Shown: positions 1 to 11,907, numbered from the stretch's first letter. The stretch is 57,239 nucleotides of DNA from an uncultured Candidatus Saccharibacteria bacterium (GCA_963541395.1 CAUTSQ010000001.1:1-57239); one strand, 5' to 3'. Numbers and translations are program-made. Notes: a model not told the origin generated them from the letters alone.

Positions 1-97
1 TTACTATAGCAATAATTAGCGTGAATTGCAAGAACTGCGCGGGCGATAAGACGTGTTAAGGTTTAATCTTATCGGTGGTTGCTAGTTGCAGACAATA

Positions 98-127
98 AAA
101 GCACCCCCGATAGTCCGGAGGTGCTTT
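98..127 (-). terminator. Intrinsic terminator after tuf
   Basis: Inverted repeat aaagcacc...ggtgcttt just past the tuf stop, followed by a U-run on the - strand. Confidence 0.7.
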
Positions 128-151
128 CGGTAGTAACTTACAGAGTGTAAA

Positions 152-1336
<1,185 letters not shown>

Positions 1337-1467
1337 AGAAGTAGTTCTCCTAACGTTAGTATTATGTTATTCACGACGCGAGCAATTATCGAAAGTGTTA
1401 CCACCTCGACAAAACGCGTCGCGCGTTATTTCTTATTATAGTTGAAAGCTCTGCGGGTGTAAAGTGG

Positions 1468-2088
1468 CTACTGGCGTAAACGCTTATCAATATGCCGGCA
1501 AACGATAAACAACCAAATAGCAGCCAGCAGTCCCAATATAGCTTCGATAATCACAAACCAAAAGCTTCGCAAGATGTAGCCCTGAGCTGCCAGAATTGCT
1601 GCAAAAATCGGAAAGCCGAATGACAACAGCCGCTCGCGCTGTGTCAAATAATTAAGGCTCGACGGTAAAGTCAGCATCATTAACACCATAGCGACAATTA
1701 TCCCGCGCGAAAAAACAAAATGCGCTGCGTGCATAGTGTCATTCGGACAAAGTGCTACGCCAACCATACATACAGACAAAGTAATCATCAGCCAAGCTGA
1801 CAATTTGGCGGTGCGCGATTGCTGAAGCTTAGCATAGCTTCGGGTCATGCAAATACCGATAGCAGTAAGTATCAATCCTGAGGCAAAAACACCAGTATTA
1901 AAGGCTAAAGCCGACTGGCGGTTGGTACTAGTCTCGCCCAACCGGCTGAGACTCCAGCTTGTCCAGTGCGAATCATCAGACAGTATGATTGAGACCATCA
2001 CGCCAGAAGTTAAAATCACTACGTATAGCGCGCAGAGTGCCTGCAAGCGATTATGCCTGTAAAATTGAACAGCTAGCTGGTAGCTCAT
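1468..2088 (-). CDS. Multi-pass membrane protein, DUF998-like
   Basis: About 6 hydrophobic segments, SLSRLG and HxxH motifs; TATAAT 6 nt before the ATG. Confidence 0.65.
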   Translation of the reverse strand: MSYQLAVQFYRHNRLQALCALYVVILTSGVMVSIILSDDSHWTSWSLSRLGETSTNRQSALAFNTGVFASGLILTAIGICMTRSYAKLQQSRTAKLSAWLMITLSVCMVGVALCPNDTMHAAHFVFSRGIIVAMVLMMLTLPSSLNYLTQRERLLSFGFPIFAAILAAQGYILRSFWFVIIEAILGLLAAIWLFIVCRHIDKRLRQ

Positions 2089-2104
2089 ATATCTATTATA
2101 GCAG

Positions 2105-2133
2105 TAAACGCGCCTTGGTGAGAGACGCGTTTA
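2105..2133 (-). terminator. Hairpin after fusA
   Basis: taaacgcg...cgcgttta inverted repeat. Confidence 0.5.
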
Positions 2134-2171
2134 CGTATTTAGCGAAGTTCTCGCTAGAGCTAATTATCAAA

Positions 2172-4259
2172 CTACTTGTTGCGTTTTTCGATAATCTCAG
2201 CAGCAACGTTTGGCGGGACTTCCTCATAGTGAGCTAGCTCCATCGTCGATGCAGCACGACCTTGGCTCATCGAGCGGATGTCTGATGTATAGCCGAACAT
2301 GTTGGCTAGCGGCACGATTGCTTTGATTAGTTTAGCGCCGCCCATTAGATCGTCCATGCTTTCGATACGGCCGCGGCGGCTGTTGAGGTCGCCGATGATG
2401 TCGCCCATGAACTCCTCGGGAGTAGTGACTTCTACTTTCATGACTGGCTCGAGCAAGACTGGGTTGGCTTGTTTGATGCCAGCGCGGGTCGCGATATGCG
2501 CTGCCAAGCTAAACGCCAGCTCGCTAGAGTCAACGTCGTGGTACGAACCATCGTAGAGTGTTGCCTTGACATCCACCACTGGGTAGCCGGCAATAACGCC
2601 GCCGTCTAGAGTTTCGCGAATACCTTTTTGTACGGCCGGGCGATATTCTTGCGGCACCACGCCGCCTTTGATTTCATCGATGAATTCAAAGCCTTTGCCT
2701 GGCTCGTTCGGCTCAAAGCGTACCCAAACATCGCCGTATTGGCCGCGGCCGCCAGATTGCTTGGCGTGCTTGCCTTGAACCTCGGCGGTACCTTTGATGG
2801 TTTCGCGGAAGGCAACCTGCGGTTCGCCGACATTAGCTTCAACATTGAATTCGCGCTTCATGCGGTCAATTAGAATCTCGAGATGCAACTCGCCCATGCC
2901 CGACATAATTGTCTGCCCGGTCTCTTCATCGGTGTGAATGCGGAAGGTTGGGTCTTCCTCGGCGAGGCGCTGCAAAGCAATGCCCATCTTCTCTTGGTCG
3001 GCTTTGGTCTTTGGCTCGACAGCAATTGATACCGGCGGTTCTGGGAACTCAATAGACTCCAGAGCGATTGGATGACTCAATTCAGCTAAAGTATTACCGG
3101 TGAAAGTATTTTTCAGCCCGACCACTGCAGCGATATCGCCGGCGCCAACACTATCGATTTCTTCGCGTTTGTCGGCGTGCATTCGGACGATGCGGCCGAT
3201 ACGCTCTTTCTCGCCAGTGGTGGTGTTAAGGACGTAGCTGCCAGCTTTCAGTACGCCAGAGTAGACGCGGATGAAGATTAGCTTGCCGACGAACGGATCA
3301 GCGGCAATCTTGAAGGCCAGCGCAGCCATTGGTTCTTTGTCGCTTGGTTTGCGGCCGACTTCGTCGCCAGTTTTTGGATTTTTACCCCAAATTTCGTCGA
3401 CGTCGAGCGGACTTGGCAAGTAGTCTGCCATCAAATCAAGTAGTTTTTCGACAATCACGCCGCGGCCGTCGCCGCCAGTTACCAAATAGAAGTCGCCAGC
3501 CAGCACGCGTTTGCGCAGCGCACTCTTGAGTTCGTCGATGGTAATTGCTTCCTCGCCCTCGTCGAAGAACTTCATCATCAGGCCGTCGTCGGCTTCAACA
3601 GCGTTCTCGACCAACAAGCTGCGCGCATGCTTGGCTTTTTCGAGCATGTCAGCCGGGATCTCGCCGACTTTCAGCTCGTGGTCAGTGTAATTATCGTAAG
3701 TATAAGCCTTCATATCGATCAGATCGACCACGCCGCAAACATCCTTCTCAAAGCCAATCGGCAAGTGGATCGGAAACGCTTGCTTGCTGAGGCGGTTGTG
3801 GATTGATTCGACAGATTTGTAGAAGTCGCCGCCAGTCTGGTTGATCTTGTTGATGAAGCAGATACGCGGTACGTTGTATTTGTTGGCCTGGCGCCAGACA
3901 GTTTCGCTTTGCGCCTCGACGCCCATTTTGCCGTCGAAGACAGTAACAGCGCCGTCGAGCACGCGTAGCGAACGCTCAACCTCTGCCGTAAAGTCGATGT
4001 GTCCTGGCGTATCGATAATATTAATCTTGTGGCCTTTCCAGAAGCAAGTCACCGCCGCCGAGGTAATAGTGATGCCCCGCTCCTTTTCCTGCGCCATCCA
4101 GTCGGTGGTGGCGCCGCCGTCATCACCCTTGACGGTACCGATTTTATGCGTCAAGCCGGTACGGTACAAGATACCCTCAGTGGTGGTTGTTTTACCGGCG
4201 TCGATATGGGCAATAATGCCGATATTTCTAAAGTTTTGTAATGGAACGGTTGCTGCCAT
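2172..4259 (-). CDS. fusA: Elongation factor G
   Basis: [47 protein letters not shown]. Confidence 0.99.
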   Translation of the reverse strand: MAATVPLQNFRNIGIIAHIDAGKTTTTEGILYRTGLTHKIGTVKGDDGGATTDWMAQEKERGITITSAAVTCFWKGHKINIIDTPGHIDFTAEVERSLRVLDGAVTVFDGKMGVEAQSETVWRQANKYNVPRICFINKINQTGGDFYKSVESIHNRLSKQAFPIHLPIGFEKDVCGVVDLIDMKAYTYDNYTDHELKVGEIPADMLEKAKHARSLLVENAVEADDGLMMKFFDEGEEAITIDELKSALRKRVLAGDFYLVTGGDGRGVIVEKLLDLMADYLPSPLDVDEIWGKNPKTGDEVGRKPSDKEPMAALAFKIAADPFVGKLIFIRVYSGVLKAGSYVLNTTTGEKERIGRIVRMHADKREEIDSVGAGDIAAVVGLKNTFTGNTLAELSHPIALESIEFPEPPVSIAVEPKTKADQEKMGIALQRLAEEDPTFRIHTDEETGQTIMSGMGELHLEILIDRMKREFNVEANVGEPQVAFRETIKGTAEVQGKHAKQSGGRGQYGDVWVRFEPNEPGKGFEFIDEIKGGVVPQEYRPAVQKGIRETLDGGVIAGYPVVDVKATLYDGSYHDVDSSELAFSLAAHIATRAGIKQANPVLLEPVMKVEVTTPEEFMGDIIGDLNSRRGRIESMDDLMGGAKLIKAIVPLANMFGYTSDIRSMSQGRAASTMELAHYEEVPPNVAAEIIEKRNK

Positions 4260-4438
4260 TGTTTTTCCTCTATTAAGTTGATTTGTCGAGATTCTTGGTT
4301 ATTTTTTGGCACCAAAAAACTACTCTTAACGACAATTATATCAGATAATTTACAAAAATGATAGCTAAGTTTAACTTTCGCAAAACCGCTCCTATGTATA
4401 GCGTAGGAGCGGTTCTGTATTTGCATGAAAAGAAATGA

Positions 4439-4918
4439 TTAGCTGCGAGCAAAATGAGCGAAAGCACGGTTGGCTTCGGCCATTTTGTGAGTGTCTTCTT
4501 TCTTCTTGAAGGCGATGCCAGTTTCGTTGCAGGCGTCGACGATTTCTGTCGCTAAGCGCTTGCTGTACGGCATGCCGCTTTTGCTGCGAGCAGCTTGTAC
4601 TAGCCAAGTAAAGGCAAAGTGCTGCTGGCGATGGCCTTGAATTGGAAACGGAATTTGGTAGTTAGCACCGCCAACGCGGCGAGACTTAACCTCGAAAGCC
4701 GGGCTAATATTGTTAATTGCCTTTTCGAAAACCTCTAGCGGTTCCTCGCTCTTGAGAGTTTTAGCAGCTTGTGCTAGAGCATCATAGACAGCCCGCTCGG
4801 CTGCTAATTTCTTGCCGTTGAGCATTGACTTGTTGATGAGGCGCTGCACCAAAATCGACTGGTATTTGCGATCTGGCTGCAATTGGCGCTGGAGCTTTTT
4901 GGTAACTTTGCGAGGCAT
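4439..4918 (-). CDS. rpsG: 30S ribosomal protein S7
   Basis: EVKSRRVGGANYQIP, HKMAEANRAFAH; position in the str operon. Confidence 0.98.
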   Translation of the reverse strand: MPRKVTKKLQRQLQPDRKYQSILVQRLINKSMLNGKKLAAERAVYDALAQAAKTLKSEEPLEVFEKAINNISPAFEVKSRRVGGANYQIPFPIQGHRQQHFAFTWLVQAARSKSGMPYSKRLATEIVDACNETGIAFKKKEDTHKMAEANRAFAHFARS

Positions 4919-4920
4919 GA

Positions 4921-5334
4921 TTACTTATCCTCCTTCTTGGTGCCGTATTTACTACGGCCTTGTTTGCGTTTGGATACGCCTTGCAAGTCAAGCGCACCGC
5001 GAACGACATGATAGCGCACACCTGGCAAGTCTGGTACGCGGCCGCCGCGAACTAGCACCACGGCGTGTTCTTGCAAGTTGTGGCCTTCGCCGCCGATATA
5101 AGCCCAAACCTCGTGGCCGTTAGTCAGGCGAACGCGGGCGACTTTGCGCAGCGCCGAGTTCGGCTTCTTTGGCGTTTTGGTGGTAACCTTGACGCAAACG
5201 CCGCGTTTGAGCGGTGCGTTCTGGTTGTAATAGCGCACCTTGAGGGCATTGTGGATACGGCCTAGCGCCGGCGACTTCGATTTTTTGCTAGCCGTCTGGC
5301 GAGGTTTGCGTACCAGCTGATTGATAGTTGGCAT
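4921..5334 (-). CDS. rpsL: 30S ribosomal protein S12
   Basis: [40 protein letters not shown]. Confidence 0.99.
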   Translation of the reverse strand: MPTINQLVRKPRQTASKKSKSPALGRIHNALKVRYYNQNAPLKRGVCVKVTTKTPKKPNSALRKVARVRLTNGHEVWAYIGGEGHNLQEHAVVLVRGGRVPDLPGVRYHVVRGALDLQGVSKRKQGRSKYGTKKEDK

Positions 5335-5483
5335 TCAACTTCTCCTAATTACGATGATAATAAACGAGCTTGCTAAAGGCTCATGGCGCAAGCGGCAATG
5401 CAGCAAACATCCGCCTGCATCTCGAGAGCTGCGGCTTTATCACACCGATAACCCCGCTTTACCCGAGAGAAACTCTATATTCT

Positions 5484-5512
5484 ATTATAGCAAAAAACCT
5501 ATTAAAAAGCAA
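5484..5512 (-). promoter_or_regulatory. Sigma70-type promoter of the str operon
   Basis: TTGCTT-17bp-TATAAT with extended TG. Confidence 0.65.
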
Positions 5513-5675
5513 GGTTTGCTCGTCTTCTGGACGACGGAGTCAGGAATGAACTCAACTGGTGATGTTTGGCAAAAGTTCGCTTTCGTCGTTTCCGACTCAT
5601 CAGCATAGATACGCATCTATGGAGCGAACATGACAAGCAGAGACTTTGACAGAGGTTCGCTGGAGACTGGTATCG

Positions 5676-6371
5676 CTACAGCATCTTGGCGATATTGATC
5701 ACCAAGTAGGCTACTGCTGCGACAGCAATGAGACTCAATGCTATGACGTTGTACAACGTATGCAACGTCGTAGCTGCCGCTGTAGCGACAACCTGGCTAC
5801 GGTATTTGCGATAGTACCACAAGTACACCAGCAAAAAACCGAAGCCAGTCGCGGACAGGGCGACCCCTGCCGCCAGGCTGTACCAGATGTTTGTGATGTG
5901 CAGGAGTCCAAAGCACACACTAGCGCGTGCTCGTTCGCGCCAGCTCCACTTTTCGCTCCCGGAGCGAAAAGCTTGCTCCTCTAGTAGCGCGAAGAGCAAT
6001 AGCATGTTGTATGCCTCGCATCTGGTAGCTTTAGCATTGTGAAGAGATCTCTGCGATGACGTGTAGTTCGTGAAGTCTCCTATGAGGAAAACTCCCGCTG
6101 CACCAACAAACCAGGCAGCCCCTGTTGCCCATCTCGCGGGGAGGAACGTCTCAAAGATACTAGTCAGCAGCTCGACTACGGAGCTATCAAGCCCCGGAAT
6201 CATCAGTAGCACTTTTATCGTGGCGATTGTCACGATAATCAATACTGTTGCGATAGCGGTGAGCCATCGCTGATCAAAGTATCTGGCATCTCCGATTGCG
6301 CGGGCCAGATTAGGCCAAACAAAAGTTGGCCTAGTGTCTCGGGGCATAGCTCTTCTGAAGAGCCATGCCAT
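5676..6371 (-). CDS. CPBP (CAAX protease/Abi) family intramembrane metalloprotease, orphan cassette payload
   Basis: EEQAFR, FGLLH and HTLYN motifs plus hydrophobic helices; start uncertain (ATG 6371 after GAAAGGGGG, alternatives up to 6455). Confidence 0.75.
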   Translation of the reverse strand: MAWLFRRAMPRDTRPTFVWPNLARAIGDARYFDQRWLTAIATVLIIVTIATIKVLLMIPGLDSSVVELLTSIFETFLPARWATGAAWFVGAAGVFLIGDFTNYTSSQRSLHNAKATRCEAYNMLLLFALLEEQAFRSGSEKWSWRERARASVCFGLLHITNIWYSLAAGVALSATGFGFLLVYLWYYRKYRSQVVATAAATTLHTLYNVIALSLIAVAAVAYLVINIAKML

Positions 6372-6492
6372 GACCCCCTTTCGGGGTCGATGCACTATCA
6401 TAAGTTCCGAGTGCACGAAATGAACACCTCTTTCAAAGGTTGGTCGGCTTGTCAAAGTGCGCTTTCATACAAGAATCTACTCCCTGTCAATG

Positions 6493-6533
6493 AAAGCTGA
6501 TATAGATATATCACATATGAATGTGTAAGTCAA
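6493..6533 (-). promoter_or_regulatory. Cassette-type promoter and AGCTTT start motif
   Basis: - strand TTGACT-17bp(...catatgtga)-TATATC tatatc AGCTTT, nearly identical in form to 54788-54830 and 27877-27916. Confidence 0.7.
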
Positions 6534-6679
6534 TGTATCAGGCAATTTTATTGAATTTTATGCAAAAAAGCGCAAAAATAACGAAAAACAAGCATTTTCA
6601 CCTGTTTGCGACGTTTGCAGCTGCGGATAAACTTAGCTCTATATTTATAACTAGGAATTGAAACAAATGATAGCAAGAG

Positions 6680-6817
6680 CTATTTGTCGTCGCTGCTTGA
6701 TTTCTTGTCGTTTCGAATAAACCATCGAATCAAAGCGATAGCGGCTACTACGGTTGCAATTATTACTATATACGGTATAGCTACGGTGATATAGGCTATG
6801 ATGATTTCTTTACTCAT
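6680..6817 (-). CDS. Small single-pass membrane protein (45 aa, below ORF-track cutoff)
   Basis: MSKEIIIAYITVAIPYIVIIATVVAAIALIRWFIRNDKKSSSDDK*; TTGACA upstream. Confidence 0.55.
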   Translation of the reverse strand: MSKEIIIAYITVAIPYIVIIATVVAAIALIRWFIRNDKKSSSDDK

Positions 6818-6930
6818 AGCTATATTGTTTAATTAATATTGTCTACATGTCAATACTTTCGCCGTATTTTTTGTACTAAACTTGAACCGCTATCGCATTA
6901 AAAACGCAAGCAATATAGTATAATAAACGT

Positions 6931-7920
6931 ATGAATCCGCTAAACGACAATGATATCCAATACGCTGGCCATCCTGAACAGGCACCGCGTCCCGATCCGT
7001 TAGTGCCAGAACCGCAGCGCCGGCCGCCGCGCGACCCTTTCCGTAAATTTCGCCTGATTATGATTGGCGCTGGCGTTGCTGCCGTTTTGGTGATTGTTGT
7101 TGCGATCGTGGTAATGACGCTCGCTCGCTCGTCAACGGTTAAGACAGATGAAAAGAAAAAAACTGACGAGACCAAGGTAGCTCACTTGACTGCTGCCGAA
7201 ACCATCAAGCACGTCAACGTTTATTTCAAAGGCAAGGAAAAAGCCAAATCGTCAATCACCACTCCGGTGAGAGTTAAAGGAAGGAAATTTTACACCGTGG
7301 TGCCCGACCTTGATCAAGTTCAGAGTTTGGCTGGTTACGTTCCTAAGGATAAATCAACTTCGCAGCGCGAATCAATCGAGAAAAACATGGACTACGATGG
7401 CTTTACCCGCAAGGTCTTCTCGGAGGGCAACAGAGCAAATTATTTAGCTGATTTCACGCGCGACGATGTCACTTGCCAGCTGAGTACCGATATTTCGCAG
7501 CGTGACAAGCTCGGCGATTGGATGGAGATTCGCTGTCTCGACACTAAAGTTTACGCTGAATACGCTGAGGCGCAGCAGCCGGTGGTTTCGGTTTATACCC
7601 CAGCCGTGAGTGCCGCTGGACAGTACGGTTTCATCGGTAAGCCAGCCCCGTTCAAGGGTGCGCTGAAAGGTTATCAGCTGCTAGAAATTCCAGTCAGCAC
7701 AGTGTTGTATCAGCGAATGACTGCGCCTGACAATCTAGGATTATTCTATCAGACGCCAGACGGCTTGTGGCATTATTTCCAAGATCGTAATCGCAACATA
7801 CTGGTCGCCTGCACCCTTTACAATAACCGCGAATTACGGATGGCCTACGCTGACCAAAAGTGCCAGCCGATTGGCGGCAGTACTAGAGATACGGTGACAT
7901 ATTCTGGCAAACGAGATTAG
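6931..7920 (+). CDS. Membrane-anchored hypothetical protein
   Basis: Pro-rich N-terminus, one TM helix, extracytoplasmic domain with Cys pairs; TATAAT 6 nt before the ATG. Confidence 0.8.
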   Translation: MNPLNDNDIQYAGHPEQAPRPDPLVPEPQRRPPRDPFRKFRLIMIGAGVAAVLVIVVAIVVMTLARSSTVKTDEKKKTDETKVAHLTAAETIKHVNVYFKGKEKAKSSITTPVRVKGRKFYTVVPDLDQVQSLAGYVPKDKSTSQRESIEKNMDYDGFTRKVFSEGNRANYLADFTRDDVTCQLSTDISQRDKLGDWMEIRCLDTKVYAEYAEAQQPVVSVYTPAVSAAGQYGFIGKPAPFKGALKGYQLLEIPVSTVLYQRMTAPDNLGLFYQTPDGLWHYFQDRNRNILVACTLYNNRELRMAYADQKCQPIGGSTRDTVTYSGKRD

Positions 7921-7986
7921 ATCTCGCCTTATTCTGGCTGTTGGAATATGCAAAGATACAGCGCGCCAAAAAATTAGCTGCAAAAA

Positions 7987-8018
7987 TAATTACCGCTCAT
8001 CTATGCGAGCGGTAATTA
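7987..8018. terminator. Bidirectional terminator between convergent genes
   Basis: taattaccgctc...gagcggtaatta perfect inverted repeat. Confidence 0.75.
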
Positions 8019-8036
8019 TAGTTTAAGCGGGTCTGC

Positions 8037-11000
8037 CTACGACTCAGCATCGACATCTGGTGTAATGTCGTCGGCCTCCTCGTCAACGCTTTCGGCGTAC
8101 TCGTCGGCTGGTGAATCGTCCTCGCTAGTGTCGAGCGAACGGACGCCAGTACCCACCGGAATCTTGCGGCCGATGATGACGTTTTCCTTTAGGCCGTGCA
8201 AGTGGTCGGCGCGGCCGCTGGTGGCAGCATTGATTAATACGCGGGTAGTATCCTGGAAGGACGCGGCGCTTAGCCACGAGTCGCTCCAGATACTCACCTT
8301 GGTGATACCCAAGAGCATTTGCGCGTATTGCGCTGGCTCTTTACCATTAGCGACCAAAGTCTTATTCTCGGCAACGACGCGCGCTTTCGAAACGATATCG
8401 CCCATAACAAAGTCGCTGTCGCCTGGGTCCTCGATCTGGACGCGGCTAAACATCTGGCGAACAATGATCTCGAGATGCTTGTCAGCCACGTCTTGGCCTT
8501 GCGCGGCGTAGATGCGCAACACTTCGTTGATGATATAGCGCTGAGTTGCCTCGGTGCCCTTCAAACGCATCAGGTCGTGCAAGTTGAGCGAGCCGATTGT
8601 CAAGCGGTCGCCTGCCTCAACGTGGTCATTGGCCGATACCACTAGCTGCGCAGTACCTGGAATCTCGTAGCGGACTGGCGCGGCAGCGTTAGCGGCAATG
8701 ACGATAGTGTCTTCGGCGGCTTCGACAACACCGTCGAATGGCGCCACTAGCGAACGGCTATTATCGAGACCTTCGGCGAGGATATCGCCAGCCTTGACGC
8801 TAGAGCCGTCTTGCAATAGCGGTTTGCGACCTTCGAGTGGCAAGCGCTCAACGCGGCCAGCCTCTGGCGTGACCTGGACGATATATTTCTTGCCGTCTTC
8901 CCAGACATCGACAGTACCAGCCACCTCAGTGATGTAAGCTTGACCCTTCGGATTGCGCGCTTCAAAGAGTTCCTCGACGCGCGGCAGACCCTGAGTGATG
9001 TCGCTACCGGCCACGCCAGAGTTGTGAAAGGTACGGAGTGTCAGCTGAGTACCTGGCTCGCCGACCGACTGAGCAGCGATAACGCCAACTGGTTGAGCCG
9101 CGCCAACTAGCTCGTTAGTTGCCATATCGATACCGTAGCTGCGGCGCGGAATACCCTCGAGATTGTTGGTCGAGAGGATCGACTGAATCTTGACCTCGTT
9201 GATATTAGTGTCGGCTTCGATTTTGTTGGCGATTTCGCGGGTAATCAACTCGTTAGCACCGATATAACCTGGCACAGCATCACGCGTATAGCGTCCGTAC
9301 AAGCGATTACCGAAGCTGATCATCGTTTCTTCAGTCTCTGAACGATAAATCATGTAGCCCTCGTCGTCACCCTCTTCGTCCTCAACAGTGAAGACATCTT
9401 GCGAGACATCGACCAAGCGGCGCGTTAGGTAGCCTGAGTCGGCTGTCTTTAGCGCGGTATCGATTAAACCTTTACGCGAACCGCGGGTAGCGACGAACGA
9501 TTCCAAGCTCGACAAACCGCGGGTGTAGTACGAGCGAATTGGCAGCTCGATTTCGCGGTTGGCGGCGTCGACCTGGATACCAATCATGGCGCTAGCTAGC
9601 TTGACGTTACTAATATCACCGCGGGCACCCGAGTTAACCATGATCGAAATACTAGTGTCGATTTGGTGCAAGTTGTCTTGGAGTAACTTAGTAACTTGAT
9701 TGTCAACCTTGCGCCAAGCTGCTACCGTCAAATTGTAACGCTCGTCGTCGGTGATCAAACCCTGGTCGTATTGATCGGCAATCAACGCTGCATGCTTATC
9801 GCCTTCCTGGATTATCTCCTCGGTTTGATCAAGGTGGACATAGTCGTCTTTACCAGTCGATACTGCGGCCACGGTAGCGAAGCGGAAAGCTAAGCCTTTC
9901 ATGCGGTCGGCCGTCTTGGCGGTTTCTTCGGCGCCATAACGATCAAAGATTTGCGCCAAAACTTTCTTCAGCTCTTTCTTGGTCTGGACGTTATTATTGT
10001 AAGGAAAATCGTCCGGCAAGATTTCGTTGAAGAAGACGCGGCCCAGCGTGGTGTTGTGAATCTCGCCCTTGGCGCGAACCCGAATTGGGCTTTGCAAGTG
10101 AAGTCGGCCCATATCGTAAGCCAGCTCAGCGTCGCGGCTATTAGCAAAGACAGCGCGATGCTCGGTCTGGACGCTCGGCTTTTCGTAGGTCAAGTAGTAG
10201 TTACCAAGCACGATATCCTGGCTGATACTAAGCACTGGACTGCCATCGGCTGGCTTAAGCAAGTTGTTAACAGCGCTCATCAGCTCGCGAGCTTCAGCCT
10301 GAGCGTCATCGGACAACGGCAAGTGGACAGCCATCTGGTCGCCATCAAAGTCGGCGTTGAAGCCGGCGCAAACTAGCGGATGCAGCTGAATCGCCTTGCC
10401 CTCGACTAATTTCGGCTGGAAAGCTTGGATACTCAAACGGTGCAGGCTTGGTGCGCGGTTAAGCAAGACGTACTTGCCCTTGATGACCTCGTCGAGTGCG
10501 TCCCAAACCACTGCTTCGCTCGACTCGATCAGACGTGTAGCGCTGCGGATATTATGCGCGTAATCATGCTCAATCAACCAGCTGATGACAAATGGCTTAA
10601 ATAGCTCGATCGCCATTTGCTTTGGCAAGCCGCACTGATTGATCTTAAGCTTTGGACCAACGACAATTACCGAACGGCCAGAGTAATCGACGCGCTTACC
10701 GAGCAGGTTCTGACGGAAGCGGCCTTGTTTACCCTTAAGCATATCGCTGAGACTCTTCAAGCGTCGGCGGTTGCCAGTGGCGTTGACAGCCCGACCGCCG
10801 CGCGCTGATGAATTATCAATCAGGCTATCGACAGCTTCTTGCAGCATGCGTTTTTCGTTGCGCTGAATCACTTCTGGAGCGTTTAGCTCAATTAGCTTCT
10901 TGAGGCGATTGTTGCGGTTAATGACGCGGCGGTAAAGGTCATTCAAGTCGCTCGTCGCGAAACGGCCGCCTGCCAGCGACACCATCGGCCGCAGGTCTGG

Positions 11001-11906
11001 CGGGATCACCGGCAGAACCGTCATGCACAGGCTCGACGGCTTGATGCCAGCTGCTTGCATGCCTTCTAGAACCTTAAGTCTTTTTAGTAGCTTTTTCTCG
11101 CGCTGGCCCCTGGCGTCCTCGGATTCTTGTTGCAGATCAGCGATTAGCTTGTCGAGGTCAATCTCGTCGAGCATTGCCTTGAGCGCGGTGCCGCCCATGG
11201 CTATTTCGACTAATTCTTCGTAAGCTTCCGGCAAGTTGCGGTAATCAGTTTCGCTCATTAGCGCGTGCTTTTGCAAGCTTTCCAGCTGCGATTTCTTGGT
11301 GGTAAATTGATTTTCTAGCTCTTCGAGCTCTTTGCTCTGTTCTTCAGCCAAAGCCTTGACGTCAGCGCCGTCGGCGCCAGCTTCGCGTTCGTAACGAATT
11401 TTGATAGCGGCGCGAGCAGCTTCAGTCTCGGCTTCGAGATCGGCTAGTAATTGGTCGCGTTTTTCTTCGTCAACCTTCAGAATTACGTACGTAGCAAAGT
11501 AAGCAATCCGCTCGAGATTACGTACTGTGATGCCTAGCAGTAAGCTCATAGCACTCGGCGTGCCACGCATGAACCAGATGTGTGCCACTGGCGCGGCCAG
11601 TTGAATGTGGCCCATGCGCTCGCGGCGGACAATGGATTTGGTGACCAGTTCGCCGTTTTTATCGACGGCAGCTTCGCGCGAACGCACGCCCTTGAGCTTG
11701 GAATCATGCGGATTGATATCCTTAACCGGACCAAAGATTCGCTCGCAGAACAAGCCGTCGCGCTCTGGCTTTTGGGTGCGATAGTTAATCGTTTCCGGCT
11801 TAGTGACTTCGCCGTGGCTCCATTTTAGGATATCTTCCGGGCTGGCAACCACCAAGCGCACTGCGTCAAAATCTGCGATACCAGATGTCGAGACTACTCG
11901 TGCCAT
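8037..11906 (-). CDS. rpoC: RNA polymerase beta' subunit
   Basis: NADFDGDQM catalytic motif, GKRVDYSGRS; start moved to MARVV (GGAGG SD, 1 nt after the rpoB stop). Confidence 0.99.
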   Translation of the reverse strand: MARVVSTSGIADFDAVRLVVASPEDILKWSHGEVTKPETINYRTQKPERDGLFCERIFGPVKDINPHDSKLKGVRSREAAVDKNGELVTKSIVRRERMGHIQLAAPVAHIWFMRGTPSAMSLLLGITVRNLERIAYFATYVILKVDEEKRDQLLADLEAETEAARAAIKIRYEREAGADGADVKALAEEQSKELEELENQFTTKKSQLESLQKHALMSETDYRNLPEAYEELVEIAMGGTALKAMLDEIDLDKLIADLQQESEDARGQREKKLLKRLKVLEGMQAAGIKPSSLCMTVLPVIPPDLRPMVSLAGGRFATSDLNDLYRRVINRNNRLKKLIELNAPEVIQRNEKRMLQEAVDSLIDNSSARGGRAVNATGNRRRLKSLSDMLKGKQGRFRQNLLGKRVDYSGRSVIVVGPKLKINQCGLPKQMAIELFKPFVISWLIEHDYAHNIRSATRLIESSEAVVWDALDEVIKGKYVLLNRAPSLHRLSIQAFQPKLVEGKAIQLHPLVCAGFNADFDGDQMAVHLPLSDDAQAEARELMSAVNNLLKPADGSPVLSISQDIVLGNYYLTYEKPSVQTEHRAVFANSRDAELAYDMGRLHLQSPIRVRAKGEIHNTTLGRVFFNEILPDDFPYNNNVQTKKELKKVLAQIFDRYGAEETAKTADRMKGLAFRFATVAAVSTGKDDYVHLDQTEEIIQEGDKHAALIADQYDQGLITDDERYNLTVAAWRKVDNQVTKLLQDNLHQIDTSISIMVNSGARGDISNVKLASAMIGIQVDAANREIELPIRSYYTRGLSSLESFVATRGSRKGLIDTALKTADSGYLTRRLVDVSQDVFTVEDEEGDDEGYMIYRSETEETMISFGNRLYGRYTRDAVPGYIGANELITREIANKIEADTNINEVKIQSILSTNNLEGIPRRSYGIDMATNELVGAAQPVGVIAAQSVGEPGTQLTLRTFHNSGVAGSDITQGLPRVEELFEARNPKGQAYITEVAGTVDVWEDGKKYIVQVTPEAGRVERLPLEGRKPLLQDGSSVKAGDILAEGLDNSRSLVAPFDGVVEAAEDTIVIAANAAAPVRYEIPGTAQLVVSANDHVEAGDRLTIGSLNLHDLMRLKGTEATQRYIINEVLRIYAAQGQDVADKHLEIIVRQMFSRVQIEDPGDSDFVMGDIVSKARVVAENKTLVANGKEPAQYAQMLLGITKVSIWSDSWLSAASFQDTTRVLINAATSGRADHLHGLKENVIIGRKIPVGTGVRSLDTSEDDSPADEYAESVDEEADDITPDVDAES

Positions 11907-11907
11907 C

